Origin: Nitrososphaeria archaeon
Lineage (GTDB): Archaea; Thermoproteota; Nitrososphaeria; JACIWG01
Assembly (NCBI GenBank): GCA_049969935.1
Contig: JBMFNX010000004.1
Coordinates: 2,366-66,365 of the forward strand
Direction of reading: 5' to 3'
Length of the DNA: 64,000 bases
A program made the translations under genes and the position numbers. The notes under the pieces were generated by a model. That model ran no database searches. It saw only the letters and a program-made list of their open reading frames with translations, and was not told where the DNA came from. Within the stretch, counting starts at the first letter, position 1, and each line of letters starts with the position of its first letter. Below are positions 38,943 to 49,256 of the stretch, piece after piece.

Positions 38943-40658
38943 TTGAAACCATATGAAAATTTTATTGAGGCAAGAAACCTACTATTGAATGCTGAAGACT
39001 ATGAGGAAGCTAAAAAGGAATTTTTATGGCCTAATATAGTGGAATTTAATTGGGCAACAGACTATTTTGACAAAATAGCTGACGAAGAATCTAATCCCGC
39101 AATACTATATGTAGATGATTATGGAGTAGAGAAAAGTGTTAGCTTCCAAGAATTAAAGGTTAGATCCAACAAGGTTGCAAATTTTTTGAAAGAAAACGGT
39201 TTATTAAGGGGGGAAAGAATACTTTTACTATTAAGTAATCGAATAGAACTTTTTGAAACCTTTTTGGGTGCAATGAAAGCAGGATGCACAATAATACCTG
39301 CATCAATTCTCCTGACAGCCAAAGATATTGAGGATAGAATTTTAAGGGGAAAAATAAAATGCATTATAACAGAAAATGAGGTTATAGAGAAGGTTGATGC
39401 AGTTGGAGACTTACTAAAATTTTTAAAGTGCAAGATTGTTGTCGGAGAAAAAGTTGGGTCATGGAAAAGCTTTTACGAAATAGAAGACTGCAGTGGAGTG
39501 TTCAAGAGTTCTGAAAAATTTTCTGCATCAGATGAACTACTAATATATTTTACTTCAGGAACAACAGCAAAACCAAAACTTGTTTTACACACTCATGCAA
39601 GCTATCCTGTTGGACACTTGACTACAATGTACTGGATTGGCTTAAAAAGAGGATATTTACACTATAACATAAGTGCGCCAGGATGGGCTAAACATGCATG
39701 GAGCACCATCTTTGCCCCATGGAATGCTGGAGCAACAACATTCGTTTACAATTACAGGGGAAAATTTGATCCAAAAAAGGTGCTTGATAAAGTAGAAGAG
39801 TATGAGGTGAACAGCCTATGTGCACCTCCAACAGTCTGGAGACTATTCCTATTAGAAGATTTAAGCAGATACAATTTTTCATTAAAGGAGACAGTCAGCG
39901 CAGGAGAACCCTTAAACCAGGAAATTATAGAGAGAGTGCAAAAAGCAACTGGAATAACTGTAAGAGAAGGATATGGGCAAACAGAGACAACATTACAAAT
40001 TGGAACATTTCCTGGAATGAAAGTTAAACTAGGATCAATGGGAAAAGAGGCGCCTGGATTTAGAATAGGAATATTGGATAACGATAGAAGGGAATTGGGT
40101 GATGAGAAAGAGGGAATGATTGCGGTGAAGGTGAAGCCGACCAGGCCAGTGGGTTTAATGGAAGGCTACCTAGACCCTTTTGAGAAAAATTTTGAAGTTT
40201 TTGTCGGCCAATGGTATCTAACTGGTGACATGGCGTTTAAGGATAAGAATGGATACTTCTGGTTTATTGGTAGAGTTGATGATGTGTTCAAAAGTTCAGA
40301 CTATAGGATAAGCCCATTCGAGTTAGAAAGTGAGCTTCTAAAACATCCTACTGTTGTTGAGGCAGCGGTTGTAGCGAGTCCAGATAAAATAAGAGGCTTT
40401 ATACCAAAAGCGTACATAGTTTTAAAAAGGGAATATGCTGCAGACAATGAGACAGCATTTAAAATATTCAAGTTTATTAAAGATAACATTGCACCATACA
40501 AACGTCCAAGAATAATCGAGTTTGTTCCAGAACTTCCTAAAACAATAAGTGGTAAAATTAGAAGAAACGAGTTAAGAGAAAAAGAGAAGGAGCTTAGAGG
40601 CAGCGGTCAGAGAAAAGAAAACGAATATTTTGAAGAAGATTTTAGGGGAAAACTTTAA
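38943..40658 (+). CDS. AMP-forming acyl-CoA synthetase/ligase
   Basis: AMP-binding signature IYFTSGTTAKPKLV, EGYGQTET, C-terminal PKTISGKIRR; 571 aa. Confidence 0.8.
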   Translation: MKPYENFIEARNLLLNAEDYEEAKKEFLWPNIVEFNWATDYFDKIADEESNPAILYVDDYGVEKSVSFQELKVRSNKVANFLKENGLLRGERILLLLSNRIELFETFLGAMKAGCTIIPASILLTAKDIEDRILRGKIKCIITENEVIEKVDAVGDLLKFLKCKIVVGEKVGSWKSFYEIEDCSGVFKSSEKFSASDELLIYFTSGTTAKPKLVLHTHASYPVGHLTTMYWIGLKRGYLHYNISAPGWAKHAWSTIFAPWNAGATTFVYNYRGKFDPKKVLDKVEEYEVNSLCAPPTVWRLFLLEDLSRYNFSLKETVSAGEPLNQEIIERVQKATGITVREGYGQTETTLQIGTFPGMKVKLGSMGKEAPGFRIGILDNDRRELGDEKEGMIAVKVKPTRPVGLMEGYLDPFEKNFEVFVGQWYLTGDMAFKDKNGYFWFIGRVDDVFKSSDYRISPFELESELLKHPTVVEAAVVASPDKIRGFIPKAYIVLKREYAADNETAFKIFKFIKDNIAPYKRPRIIEFVPELPKTISGKIRRNELREKEKELRGSGQRKENEYFEEDFRGKL

Positions 40659-40705
40659 GGGCAAGACAAAATTTTTAAATCAATATACTTTGGATAGATT
40701 GCGAA

Positions 40706-42019
40706 TTGAGCACAAGATTTAAAGTTGGCGGAAGAACACATACAATAAGAGAACTCTTTTCAGAAAAGAGGGAGCTAGATACAACTATACTAGGATGGGT
40801 TCAAAACAAAAGTAGGGTTGGAGGAGTAATATTTCTGACATTAAGGGACGGTTCAGGGTACATTCAAGCCACCTTCAAAAAGGACCAAGTTTCAGCCGAA
40901 GTTTTCGAAAAGGTAAAAGAGGTTACAGTTGAGTCGGCTGTAAAGGTTTCAGGGAGAACAAAGATGGATAAGAGGGCTCCAGGAGGGCTTGAAATTGTTG
41001 GAAAAGATTTTGATATAATAGCTAAGGCTGACCCGTGGCCTATAGTCAAAAGTGCGGTTAAAGCACCATCCTTCCTCTATGACATAAGGCACCTTTCGAT
41101 AAGGGGGAAGAAGGCGTCTTCTGTTATAAAGATAAGGTCTAAGGTTATAGAGGCCGCCGCAGACTATTTTTTCAAAAACGGATTCTATCTTATAAGTGCA
41201 CCGACAATAGTACAATCAGCATGTGAAGGAGGAGCAACATTATTTGAGGTAAACTATTTCGGTAAAAAGGCATTTTTAACACAAAGTGCACAATTGTATG
41301 AAGAGGCTGCAATAGCTGCCTTAGAGAGAGTTTGGACGGTTGAACCATGCTTTAGAGCTGAAAAGTCCAAGACCTCCAAGCATCTTACAGAATTTTGGAT
41401 GATAGAGGCGGAAGTTGCCTTCGCAACACATGAGGATATAATGAAGCTTGAGGAAGAGCTTGTGGTTGAGATAACCAATAGGGTTGCCCAAGAATGTTCA
41501 CAGGAGCTTAATATTTTGGGAAGAAAGTTTAAGCCTCCAGAGCCACCATTCTATAGGATAACCTACGATGAGGCAAGAGAGTTGATAATGAAGAAGGGAG
41601 TATTTTTTGAATGGGGAGAAGATATTCCAACAGAGGGGGAGAAGATCATTTCCAATGAATTTGATAAGCCAGTCTTCATTAAAGAGTTCCCTCTTTCAGC
41701 AAGAAGCTTCTATCATATGACGAAGCCGGATAATGATAAAGTTACACTATCATCGGACCTGATAGCGCCAGAAGGCTATGGGGAGATAACTACAGGTGGA
41801 CAAAGGTTAAGCGACTATAGTGAACTTGAAAAACGGGTTATGCAACAGGAACTTCCAAGAGAAAGTTTCGAATGGTATCTTGAATTGAGAAAGTATGGGA
41901 TGCCGCCTCATTCAGGCTTCGGACTCGGTGTCGAGAGGACAGTCAGGTGGATAGCTGGATTAAAGCATATAAGGGCAGCATCACTATTCCCAAGAACAAT
42001 AACACGTCTCAACCCATAA
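40706..42019 (+). CDS. asnS: Asparaginyl-tRNA synthetase (class IIb)
   Basis: EPCFRAEKSKTSKHLTEFWMIEAEVAF and GGQR..PPHSGFGLGVER match AsnRS rather than archaeal AspRS; 437 aa. Confidence 0.75.
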   Translation: MSTRFKVGGRTHTIRELFSEKRELDTTILGWVQNKSRVGGVIFLTLRDGSGYIQATFKKDQVSAEVFEKVKEVTVESAVKVSGRTKMDKRAPGGLEIVGKDFDIIAKADPWPIVKSAVKAPSFLYDIRHLSIRGKKASSVIKIRSKVIEAAADYFFKNGFYLISAPTIVQSACEGGATLFEVNYFGKKAFLTQSAQLYEEAAIAALERVWTVEPCFRAEKSKTSKHLTEFWMIEAEVAFATHEDIMKLEEELVVEITNRVAQECSQELNILGRKFKPPEPPFYRITYDEARELIMKKGVFFEWGEDIPTEGEKIISNEFDKPVFIKEFPLSARSFYHMTKPDNDKVTLSSDLIAPEGYGEITTGGQRLSDYSELEKRVMQQELPRESFEWYLELRKYGMPPHSGFGLGVERTVRWIAGLKHIRAASLFPRTITRLNP

Positions 42020-42057
42020 AAAGTAGAAGTTAAAAGCAACCTATATTATACCCATAT

Positions 42058-43062
42058 ATGGTCAAGTTGGTTAAGGAAGAAGAAGTAGAAGATGAGCTTG
42101 ATGTAGAAAATATTGAGGGAGTGGGGCCGACTACTAGAGACAAATTTTATGCTGCCGGAATATATGATATAAGACAGGTTCTAACATTCAGCCCCCAAGA
42201 CCTTGTAGAAATATTGGGTATAAGCTACGATAAGGCAGTCGAGATCTCAAACAAGTCAAGAAAGAAGCTTGCAGAGCTTGGTCTAATGGAAAACTCCTTT
42301 TCAGTCGCAAGCGAAGTGCTTAAGAGGAGACTTTCGATAGACAGGATAACGACAGGCTCAAACAATCTCGACAACCTTCTCGGTGGAGGCATAGAAGTTG
42401 GAGCTTTAACAGAATTTTATGGAGAATTTGGAAGTGGAAAGACACAGATATGTCACACACTTTGCGTCACAGTACAGTTGCCTAGGGAAAAGAAGGGACT
42501 AAATGCTGGTGCAGTATACATTGATACAGAAAACACTTTCAGACCAGAAAGAATCGAGTCTATCGCAAAGTTTAGGGGACTAGACCCAGAACAGGTTTTG
42601 AAAAGAATATTTGTTGGAAAAGTGTATAATGCAAGCCACCAGGAACTTTTGACAAGAGAAATTCCAAACTATATTGAAAGGGAAGACTGTAAGCTTGTGA
42701 TAGTTGATTCAGCGATGACACACTTTAGAGCAGAATATGTTGGAAGGTCGATGCTTTCAGAAAGACAGCAGAAGCTTAACAGGTACCTTCACACACTTTT
42801 AAGGCTTGCAGAAATATATAAGGTTGCAGTCGTCATAACAAACCAAGTTCAGGCAGCACCAGACGTGTTCTTCGGAGACCCTACAAAGGCTTCCGGAGGA
42901 CATGTTATGGCCCACGCGAGCACGTACAGGATATATTTGAGAAAGTCTGGAAAAAATAGGATAGCTAGGATAGTTGATAGCCCATATCATGCTGAAGCAG
43001 ACGCAATATTCACTCTGACAGAGGCTGGAATAGGAGACCCGGAAGAAAATTCTAAAAAATAG
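42058..43062 (+). CDS. radA: DNA repair and recombination protein RadA
   Basis: N-terminal HhH domain, Walker A GEFGSGKTQ, Walker B LVIVDS; 334 aa. Confidence 0.9.
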   Translation: MVKLVKEEEVEDELDVENIEGVGPTTRDKFYAAGIYDIRQVLTFSPQDLVEILGISYDKAVEISNKSRKKLAELGLMENSFSVASEVLKRRLSIDRITTGSNNLDNLLGGGIEVGALTEFYGEFGSGKTQICHTLCVTVQLPREKKGLNAGAVYIDTENTFRPERIESIAKFRGLDPEQVLKRIFVGKVYNASHQELLTREIPNYIEREDCKLVIVDSAMTHFRAEYVGRSMLSERQQKLNRYLHTLLRLAEIYKVAVVITNQVQAAPDVFFGDPTKASGGHVMAHASTYRIYLRKSGKNRIARIVDSPYHAEADAIFTLTEAGIGDPEENSKK

Positions 43063-43084
43063 TGTTGGATATTGTATATATAGA

Positions 43085-45775
43085 TTGTCTTATGTAGGTT
43101 ATGGTATGGTGGGAAAAGCTTCAGCCTTAGCCATAATTTCTTTCATAATATTATCAACATTACCAATATCATATACTATTCAGTCGCCTGAATATTATGA
43201 GAATATAACATTATATGTTGTTGGAAAAAATGTTCTTGTAAGATACAATTTTACTGGAACAGGAGTTGGCTTGATAGAGGCTAAGATTTTAGAGGAAAAG
43301 TTTTCAGGAGTAGACTACTTTAAACTTTATGTAAGCCAATTTGACAGCTTTCCAACAGAATACGCGTACTTTAGTAGCATAGGATACAATATACTTTTAT
43401 GTGAATACAATATTCCAAGCGCTGCAATATTATATGTTCACTCGAAAACATTTCAAGAGGCAAGCTCGTTTGCTGAAGAAATAGAAAATCGTACAGGATT
43501 ATCGTTCACATACTATGGAAATAATGGAGAAATGTTCATGTTCATTTCACCCTCTTCCTTCGTTGACGTGCTAGAAAATTTTTTGTGGAAGACCATTCCA
43601 ACAGCATATGGTGGATTCACAAAATTATTAGATAAAAGAGATGTTGCATTTTCTGCAATAAGAGAAATTGGTTTTATAGGAAAAATGGTTGATGGAAAAG
43701 TTTCACAGAGTATAATAGTAGACATTCTTAAGACAAACGCTTTTTCCGGAAATAGTCTGAGGACAGGATTAGATATCTTCCTTTCAAGCAGGGTAAACAG
43801 TTCAGTCTACACAAACTTAGGCAGTTTCAAAATAATATCATATGGGCAGATTATAGAAAAAAGTGATGCAGGATATGTTAAAAATGATGTTGGCAAAAAA
43901 ACTTCAGAGCTAACTATAACGGTTCCAGGAAACGGTGTCCTACACTTTCCAAACATAACACTTGCTGAAGCCACACCAAGCTTAATTATAGAGAGAGAGT
44001 TTTCGAAGACAGCCTTAAAATTTGGTGAAGAATTTGAAGTACAAGTTAGGGTGAGAAACATTGGGACAGCGGATGCTGAAGACATAAAGTTTGAAGACAG
44101 CTGGTGGATGAAAGGAGGAAAGTTTACACTTACAGCAGGCAAATATTCTGACCAAGTAAGTAAACTTGGTCCAGGAGAAAATCGTACAATAGTTTACAGG
44201 CTAAAGGTTCAAACAAGAGATACTGAAAGCTTTTATGTTAAGCCATTGAATATAACATACTTTTGGGCCGTCAGTGGAGAAAGATTAGCTTTTAATGCAG
44301 TCTCAAACGACGCGTACATGCTTTTGAACCAAGACGGGCCATCAATATACACTATTGCAACATTATCCACTTCCCAAACAAGCTTTGGAGTCGGAAAGAA
44401 GGTGACGCTTGAGATAAAGAATAGGGGAAGCTGGACAGCATTCAACATAACATTGTATGGAGAAAGTATAGAGTTCCTGCCACCACAAGAAAGTGTGCAA
44501 AAGGTTATAGAAGTGGGTCTTGACAACATGAGCCAGCCGTTTAAGGAGAAAGTGTTCAGGTGCCAATGGAGTAATGGAAAAGAGGCTAAAGTTTCTGTAT
44601 CAAACAACATAGTTTTAGCTAACTCATATGATAAAATGGGTATCGCCATACTGAGCTTAAAAAGGAATATAGGACAAATTATTTCAGGAGACAAAATATA
44701 CCTTAACATAACATTAAATTTGAAAAACTTTGGGTCGAAAAGTGTGTCAAATACTACGGTTTGGGAGAACATTCCCAAGGGAATAAAGTATGTTAATGGA
44801 AGCCTTAAACAAGATGAAAAAGGACTTTACGTTTTCGAAGAAAGTATTGGGGCTAACAGTTCAAAAACATACAGGTACCTTTTTATGGTAGAAGATTTGA
44901 GCAAAAACTATGTTCTCGGACCAGCCTATGCAGAATACTTTTTGGATGGAAAAAAATATTCTAGCCTAAGCACATTAAATGGTGCTCCAATAGGGTTAAA
45001 GATAATATTGCACTTGGATGAAAACAACATCTTCCAAAACTATAATGTGAACGGATACTATTCTATAAAAAATTTAGGAGACAAGAACGTTTACAGGGTT
45101 TCGGCAAAAATACTTTACAATCCTTCAATAAATATTACAATATTAGGTAATCCAACAAATACGACTATACTAAGGCCAGGGTTTGAGGAAAAAGTGTACT
45201 TTAAAGTTAATGGCAAAAGTTTAGGCTTAAATAATAGCGTTAAACTTAATATAAGATACTTTTTTGGAGGAAGACAATATAATGTTAATTCAACAACAGT
45301 CTATGTTAACGTGTACACTCTTCCAGAAATAATATTCAATGTGCTAGGTGAAGCTGTTGAAGGAAAACCATTCGAACTCAATATAACTGTAAAAAATACT
45401 GCACCACTAGAAATTGAGAACATACACTTTAAGATCCTTATACCTCCACAGATTAAGATTATAGAAAATCTTTCACCATCTACAGCAAAAATTTCAAATA
45501 ATACGATAGAGATATCGATACCAAAAATGGGTGAAAGTAGTAAGGAGACTATAGCCTTAAAGCTAATTAGTGATACAGCAAGAGAATACACTTTAACCAG
45601 TTCAGAATTATCCTTCACCTATAAAGGGGAAAGCGTGACAGCACCTTCTCAGACAGCAAAGGTTAAAGTGTCTGACGACATAGTTTCAAGATACCTTATA
45701 CCATTAGCTATTGCAATAGCATTAATGGTTGGTGGAAGAATAGCCTTAGGATCGATAAAAAGGGGGAAAGAATAA
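43085..45775 (+). CDS. Large surface (glyco)protein with CARDB/DUF11-like repeats, N-terminal signal/anchor and C-terminal TM anchor
   Basis: Five or more repeats of the x(K/R)N.G...a.ni.(f/v) type (e.g. VRVRNIGTADAEDIKF, ITVKNTAPLEIENIHF); about 20 N-x-S/T sequons; C-terminal LIPLAIAIALMVGGRIALGSIKRGKE. Confidence 0.55.
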   Translation: MSYVGYGMVGKASALAIISFIILSTLPISYTIQSPEYYENITLYVVGKNVLVRYNFTGTGVGLIEAKILEEKFSGVDYFKLYVSQFDSFPTEYAYFSSIGYNILLCEYNIPSAAILYVHSKTFQEASSFAEEIENRTGLSFTYYGNNGEMFMFISPSSFVDVLENFLWKTIPTAYGGFTKLLDKRDVAFSAIREIGFIGKMVDGKVSQSIIVDILKTNAFSGNSLRTGLDIFLSSRVNSSVYTNLGSFKIISYGQIIEKSDAGYVKNDVGKKTSELTITVPGNGVLHFPNITLAEATPSLIIEREFSKTALKFGEEFEVQVRVRNIGTADAEDIKFEDSWWMKGGKFTLTAGKYSDQVSKLGPGENRTIVYRLKVQTRDTESFYVKPLNITYFWAVSGERLAFNAVSNDAYMLLNQDGPSIYTIATLSTSQTSFGVGKKVTLEIKNRGSWTAFNITLYGESIEFLPPQESVQKVIEVGLDNMSQPFKEKVFRCQWSNGKEAKVSVSNNIVLANSYDKMGIAILSLKRNIGQIISGDKIYLNITLNLKNFGSKSVSNTTVWENIPKGIKYVNGSLKQDEKGLYVFEESIGANSSKTYRYLFMVEDLSKNYVLGPAYAEYFLDGKKYSSLSTLNGAPIGLKIILHLDENNIFQNYNVNGYYSIKNLGDKNVYRVSAKILYNPSINITILGNPTNTTILRPGFEEKVYFKVNGKSLGLNNSVKLNIRYFFGGRQYNVNSTTVYVNVYTLPEIIFNVLGEAVEGKPFELNITVKNTAPLEIENIHFKILIPPQIKIIENLSPSTAKISNNTIEISIPKMGESSKETIALKLISDTAREYTLTSSELSFTYKGESVTAPSQTAKVKVSDDIVSRYLIPLAIAIALMVGGRIALGSIKRGKE

Positions 45776-45781
45776 AATTTT

Positions 45782-47239
45782 TTAACGTTTTAATGGAACA
45801 GAAAATGCTTCCTCAATCTTCTGCCTATGGATTGTGTTCATGCTACAGAAGGGTATTATTCTACCATCTGGGACAGCATAGTGTATGCTGCATCTTTCAA
45901 CCCTTTCAAGGTCAAAATTGTATGGGTCCATGAAATGCATGTCACCGACCATAACAATTTTTCTCATAAACTTTCCTAGAGAATGATATGAGCCGTTAGA
46001 GAGGAAGGCGCTTACAAGAGATGAAAGTGTACCTAGACTCAAATGTCTTAATGCTGAGGCAGCCTTAATCTTACCCAAAGTCTTCTTACCCGAGGACATG
46101 GTTTCAGCTGCACTTGACAGGGCTTCAACAAACTTTTCAACATTAGCATGCCTTGTTATTGGCTCATAATCATTCTTTTCCCTGTCGACAACAAGAAATG
46201 TTGCAGCACCACAGTTTTGGTGACAGGTAAAGGTGGGCTGAGGAGCGCCTTTAAGTTCTGCTATGAAGTCGGAAATTGGTGCAACAAATGGGATCGGATA
46301 CCAGTCCTCCATCCTAATCTTTCCATTAGTTTGCTTTTCAGCATTATTTATTACATCGGAGGTCGTTATCCTATATTCTAGAAGCTTAGAGGTGTCGATT
46401 CTGCCTGCAAATGAAACTGGCTGAAAGTTTACACATCTAACAACATCACTGTTTCTTACACCAAATTCTATCAGGGCACCTACTTCCCCGTCATTTATAC
46501 CCTTAACCACGGTTGGAACAAGTACAAGGCTTTCGTGGCCTAGAAACCTTAAATTTTCTACAGCCTTAAGCTTAATATCAAGCAGGTCAGCACCCTTCAT
46601 TTTAATATATGCTTCCCTTGTTAGACTATCAAATGATAGATAGAAGGTGCTTACACCCGCGTCAATAAGTTCCTTCAAATAGTCTATGTCCCTTGCTATT
46701 CTAACACCGTTGGTGTTAACTTCAACATGGTGTATTCCAATCTTTTTAGCGTATCTGACGATTTCAGGCAAATCGTCTCTTAAAGTTGGTTCTCCACCAC
46801 TCAACTGTACAGCGTACGTGGGCACAGGCCTATTATTTCGAAGATTATCTAGCATCTGCTTAACCTGATCCAGTGAAGGCTGATATAGGTAGCCTACAGC
46901 TGCTGCGTTTGCAAAACAAATGGGGCAACGAAGATTGCATGCGTTTGTCACGTCAACTATACCTAATATTGTATGAGACTTGTGTTCATTACATATTCCG
47001 CAGTCGAATGGGCAGCCTATTGACCTTTTTGTTCTAGGATTTTCTATACCATCGCCAACCCGCTCATACTGTTGAACACGCTTATACCATCTGTAGTCGG
47101 ACATGTAAATGTCCCTGAACTCTCCATGCTCTTCACATGATTTCCTCATGTAGACGACATTATCTTCAACATAAAGTTCTGCCTTAATCACTTTAAAGCA
47201 CACGGGGCAAAGGCTTCTTGTGAACTTAATATGCTCCAA
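45782..47239 (-). CDS. Radical SAM protein, COG1964 family (Tes/GDGT-MAS-like tetraether lipid synthase candidate)
   Basis: N-terminal CPVC...C..HG rubredoxin-like motif, GCPFDCGIC, radical SAM CNLRCPIC, SGGEPT; 485 aa. Confidence 0.5.
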   Translation of the reverse strand: MEHIKFTRSLCPVCFKVIKAELYVEDNVVYMRKSCEEHGEFRDIYMSDYRWYKRVQQYERVGDGIENPRTKRSIGCPFDCGICNEHKSHTILGIVDVTNACNLRCPICFANAAAVGYLYQPSLDQVKQMLDNLRNNRPVPTYAVQLSGGEPTLRDDLPEIVRYAKKIGIHHVEVNTNGVRIARDIDYLKELIDAGVSTFYLSFDSLTREAYIKMKGADLLDIKLKAVENLRFLGHESLVLVPTVVKGINDGEVGALIEFGVRNSDVVRCVNFQPVSFAGRIDTSKLLEYRITTSDVINNAEKQTNGKIRMEDWYPIPFVAPISDFIAELKGAPQPTFTCHQNCGAATFLVVDREKNDYEPITRHANVEKFVEALSSAAETMSSGKKTLGKIKAASALRHLSLGTLSSLVSAFLSNGSYHSLGKFMRKIVMVGDMHFMDPYNFDLERVERCSIHYAVPDGRIIPFCSMNTIHRQKIEEAFSVPLKR

Positions 47240-47339
47240 TCCACATCATCAAAAGTGACGAAGACTCTTCTATAAAAGATTTGTTTTTAACAGCATCCTA
47301 TTTTGACATACACATGGTTTTAATATTAAAAATTTTATA

Positions 47340-48080
47340 TTACCACGTCATATTTTTAATTTCTCTTGCAGAGGCCCTAACATTATTTGATTCTATAATT
47401 GCTCTAGCCACAATAAGATAGTCTGAGCCAGCTCGTACAGCCTCTCTAGGATCACCACCTTGAACAAAAATGCCTGGAGAGAATATTGGAATATCTTTAA
47501 CCCTAGCCCTCACATATTTTATGATAGAAGGGTTTGTGGCGCCAACAATCAGGCCGTCCACATTCCATTCTACAGCCCTTTCTATAAACAGGTCATACAT
47601 TTTAACGGAAACACCGCCCTTTAGAACATCAAGCCCATATCCTTCAACAGCACCCTTATGGCTCATATACGTTAAAGTTATTATGCCCCTGTCTTTGGAA
47701 TGCGCTTCCTGAATGCATGGGCCTAAACCTTCCTCGAAACCGACAAATGGATTACATATTACGGCATCAAATCCTATGTCCCACAAAATTTTTGTTGCAA
47801 CAACGTTGGTTGCTGAAATATCATTCAGTTTCAAGTCCGCTATAGCCTGAAGGTTATGAGCATGCGCTTTGCCTACAATTTCTTTTAACTCATTAAAGCC
47901 CAAGGGTATAATAAGGTGAAGATTCACTTTAATACCGCATACTTCATCACATACTTCGTCTAGAATCTTCAACGCCTTTGACATGAGATTTTCAGGAAGA
48001 TCTGGTTTTAGGTCTAAGCCTAAAACGATTCTACTCCTTTTCTCTAAACTAGAGTTTCTCATCCTTTCAGAAAAGGCCAT
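47340..48080 (-). CDS. pyrF: Orotidine 5'-phosphate decarboxylase
   Basis: IVLGLDL, DLKLNDISATN (DxKxxDIxxT), LIVARAI; 246 aa. Confidence 0.7.
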   Translation of the reverse strand: MAFSERMRNSSLEKRSRIVLGLDLKPDLPENLMSKALKILDEVCDEVCGIKVNLHLIIPLGFNELKEIVGKAHAHNLQAIADLKLNDISATNVVATKILWDIGFDAVICNPFVGFEEGLGPCIQEAHSKDRGIITLTYMSHKGAVEGYGLDVLKGGVSVKMYDLFIERAVEWNVDGLIVGATNPSIIKYVRARVKDIPIFSPGIFVQGGDPREAVRAGSDYLIVARAIIESNNVRASAREIKNMTW

Positions 48081-48814
48081 ATGTTACCCTTTTCAGGTAA
48101 ATGCTTCACCTTTATAATCTTTGCATACACAAAACCTGATTCATCAACATTGTTGGTGTATTCTAGCAGATTCTTTTCTGAAGAATATTTTATAAAATTT
48201 TTGTTGATAGTGTCTGTTATAACATAATATACTTTTGCTGGAAAACCTTCCCCGTAACTCAATATTGTAAACAGCATACTCACACCATGGCTGTTAACAT
48301 AGAATAGTGGTAAAATGGATTCTTCATAAAACATTTTATATGTTGCAACCCTTACGAGGCTACCTACATCCGCAAGCTCTACAAAAGAATTCTTTTTAAA
48401 TGGAAAAGTTTTACTCCTAAACCAGTTTCTAGGAGGATTTTTCAGAAATATTATTGGAGCATAAATGTATGACGCATTATGCACTGTAGTGAAAAAGTCA
48501 ACGGATTCCACACCATACACATTCTTGTATCCAAGATAGTTTCCAACCTTCTCTGAAACCACAAACATGTAGTCAACCCTTTTCACGTCAACCTGATATT
48601 GGATGAAAAGTGTCCAAAATCCATTGTTCCTGAAAGCGAATACAGGCTGTGGAACATGCTCGAATGAGCATACTAGTCTCGCAAAATCCTGTATTGATGA
48701 TAGTTCGAAGGCCATAATCTTGACATCAGCCTTAACAAGAGCATGATAAAAAATTTTAAACATAGCTAATGTAATGTGCAGAGCATGCAACGTGAACAGA
48801 AAATTCTGGAGCAC
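48059..48814 (-). CDS. Hypothetical protein (aromatic-rich, no recognisable domain)
   Basis: 251-aa ORF, 22-nt overlap with pyrF; true start may be internal. Confidence 0.3.
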   Translation of the reverse strand: MLQNFLFTLHALHITLAMFKIFYHALVKADVKIMAFELSSIQDFARLVCSFEHVPQPVFAFRNNGFWTLFIQYQVDVKRVDYMFVVSEKVGNYLGYKNVYGVESVDFFTTVHNASYIYAPIIFLKNPPRNWFRSKTFPFKKNSFVELADVGSLVRVATYKMFYEESILPLFYVNSHGVSMLFTILSYGEGFPAKVYYVITDTINKNFIKYSSEKNLLEYTNNVDESGFVYAKIIKVKHLPEKGNIWPFLKG

Positions 48815-49192
48815 ATAAATGCTTCCTTAGAGGCTATCGGGAAACTGGAAAAGAATATGATTTCAAGAAATTCGGTAATAGAATTCGATGAACTTGCATG
48901 GGAAGCTTACAGAAACTGTGAGGCAGCAATATTTCTTCTAAAAATTGAAATGAGGTCAGTGGATGAATTCGATGATTCGAAACTCGTATTTGACCAAGAT
49001 TATCCAGACTATAATATTTTTGTGGCAGAAGAACATATTAGAAACGCATTAACACATATTGAAAAGAGGAGTCTAAGAGAGGCTTTAAATGAGCTTAGAA
49101 TTGCAAGAAACATTTTGGCAGAACTTTTTGTCAGGTCAAGAAAAGAGAAAATTGATAGGATTAAAGCAAGTTTTAAGCAGAAAAAGTTTTAA
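48776..49192 (+). CDS. Hypothetical helical protein
   Basis: 138-aa ORF, Glu/Leu/Arg-rich; divergent from 48059-48814 with overlapping 5' ends. Confidence 0.3.
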   Translation: MQSMQREQKILEHINASLEAIGKLEKNMISRNSVIEFDELAWEAYRNCEAAIFLLKIEMRSVDEFDDSKLVFDQDYPDYNIFVAEEHIRNALTHIEKRSLREALNELRIARNILAELFVRSRKEKIDRIKASFKQKKF

Positions 49193-49256
49193 CATTTAAA
49201 AAACCTTTTATTTAGTAGATAAATGACTGTGTAAAAGGAGAAACGGGTGTCCTTGT

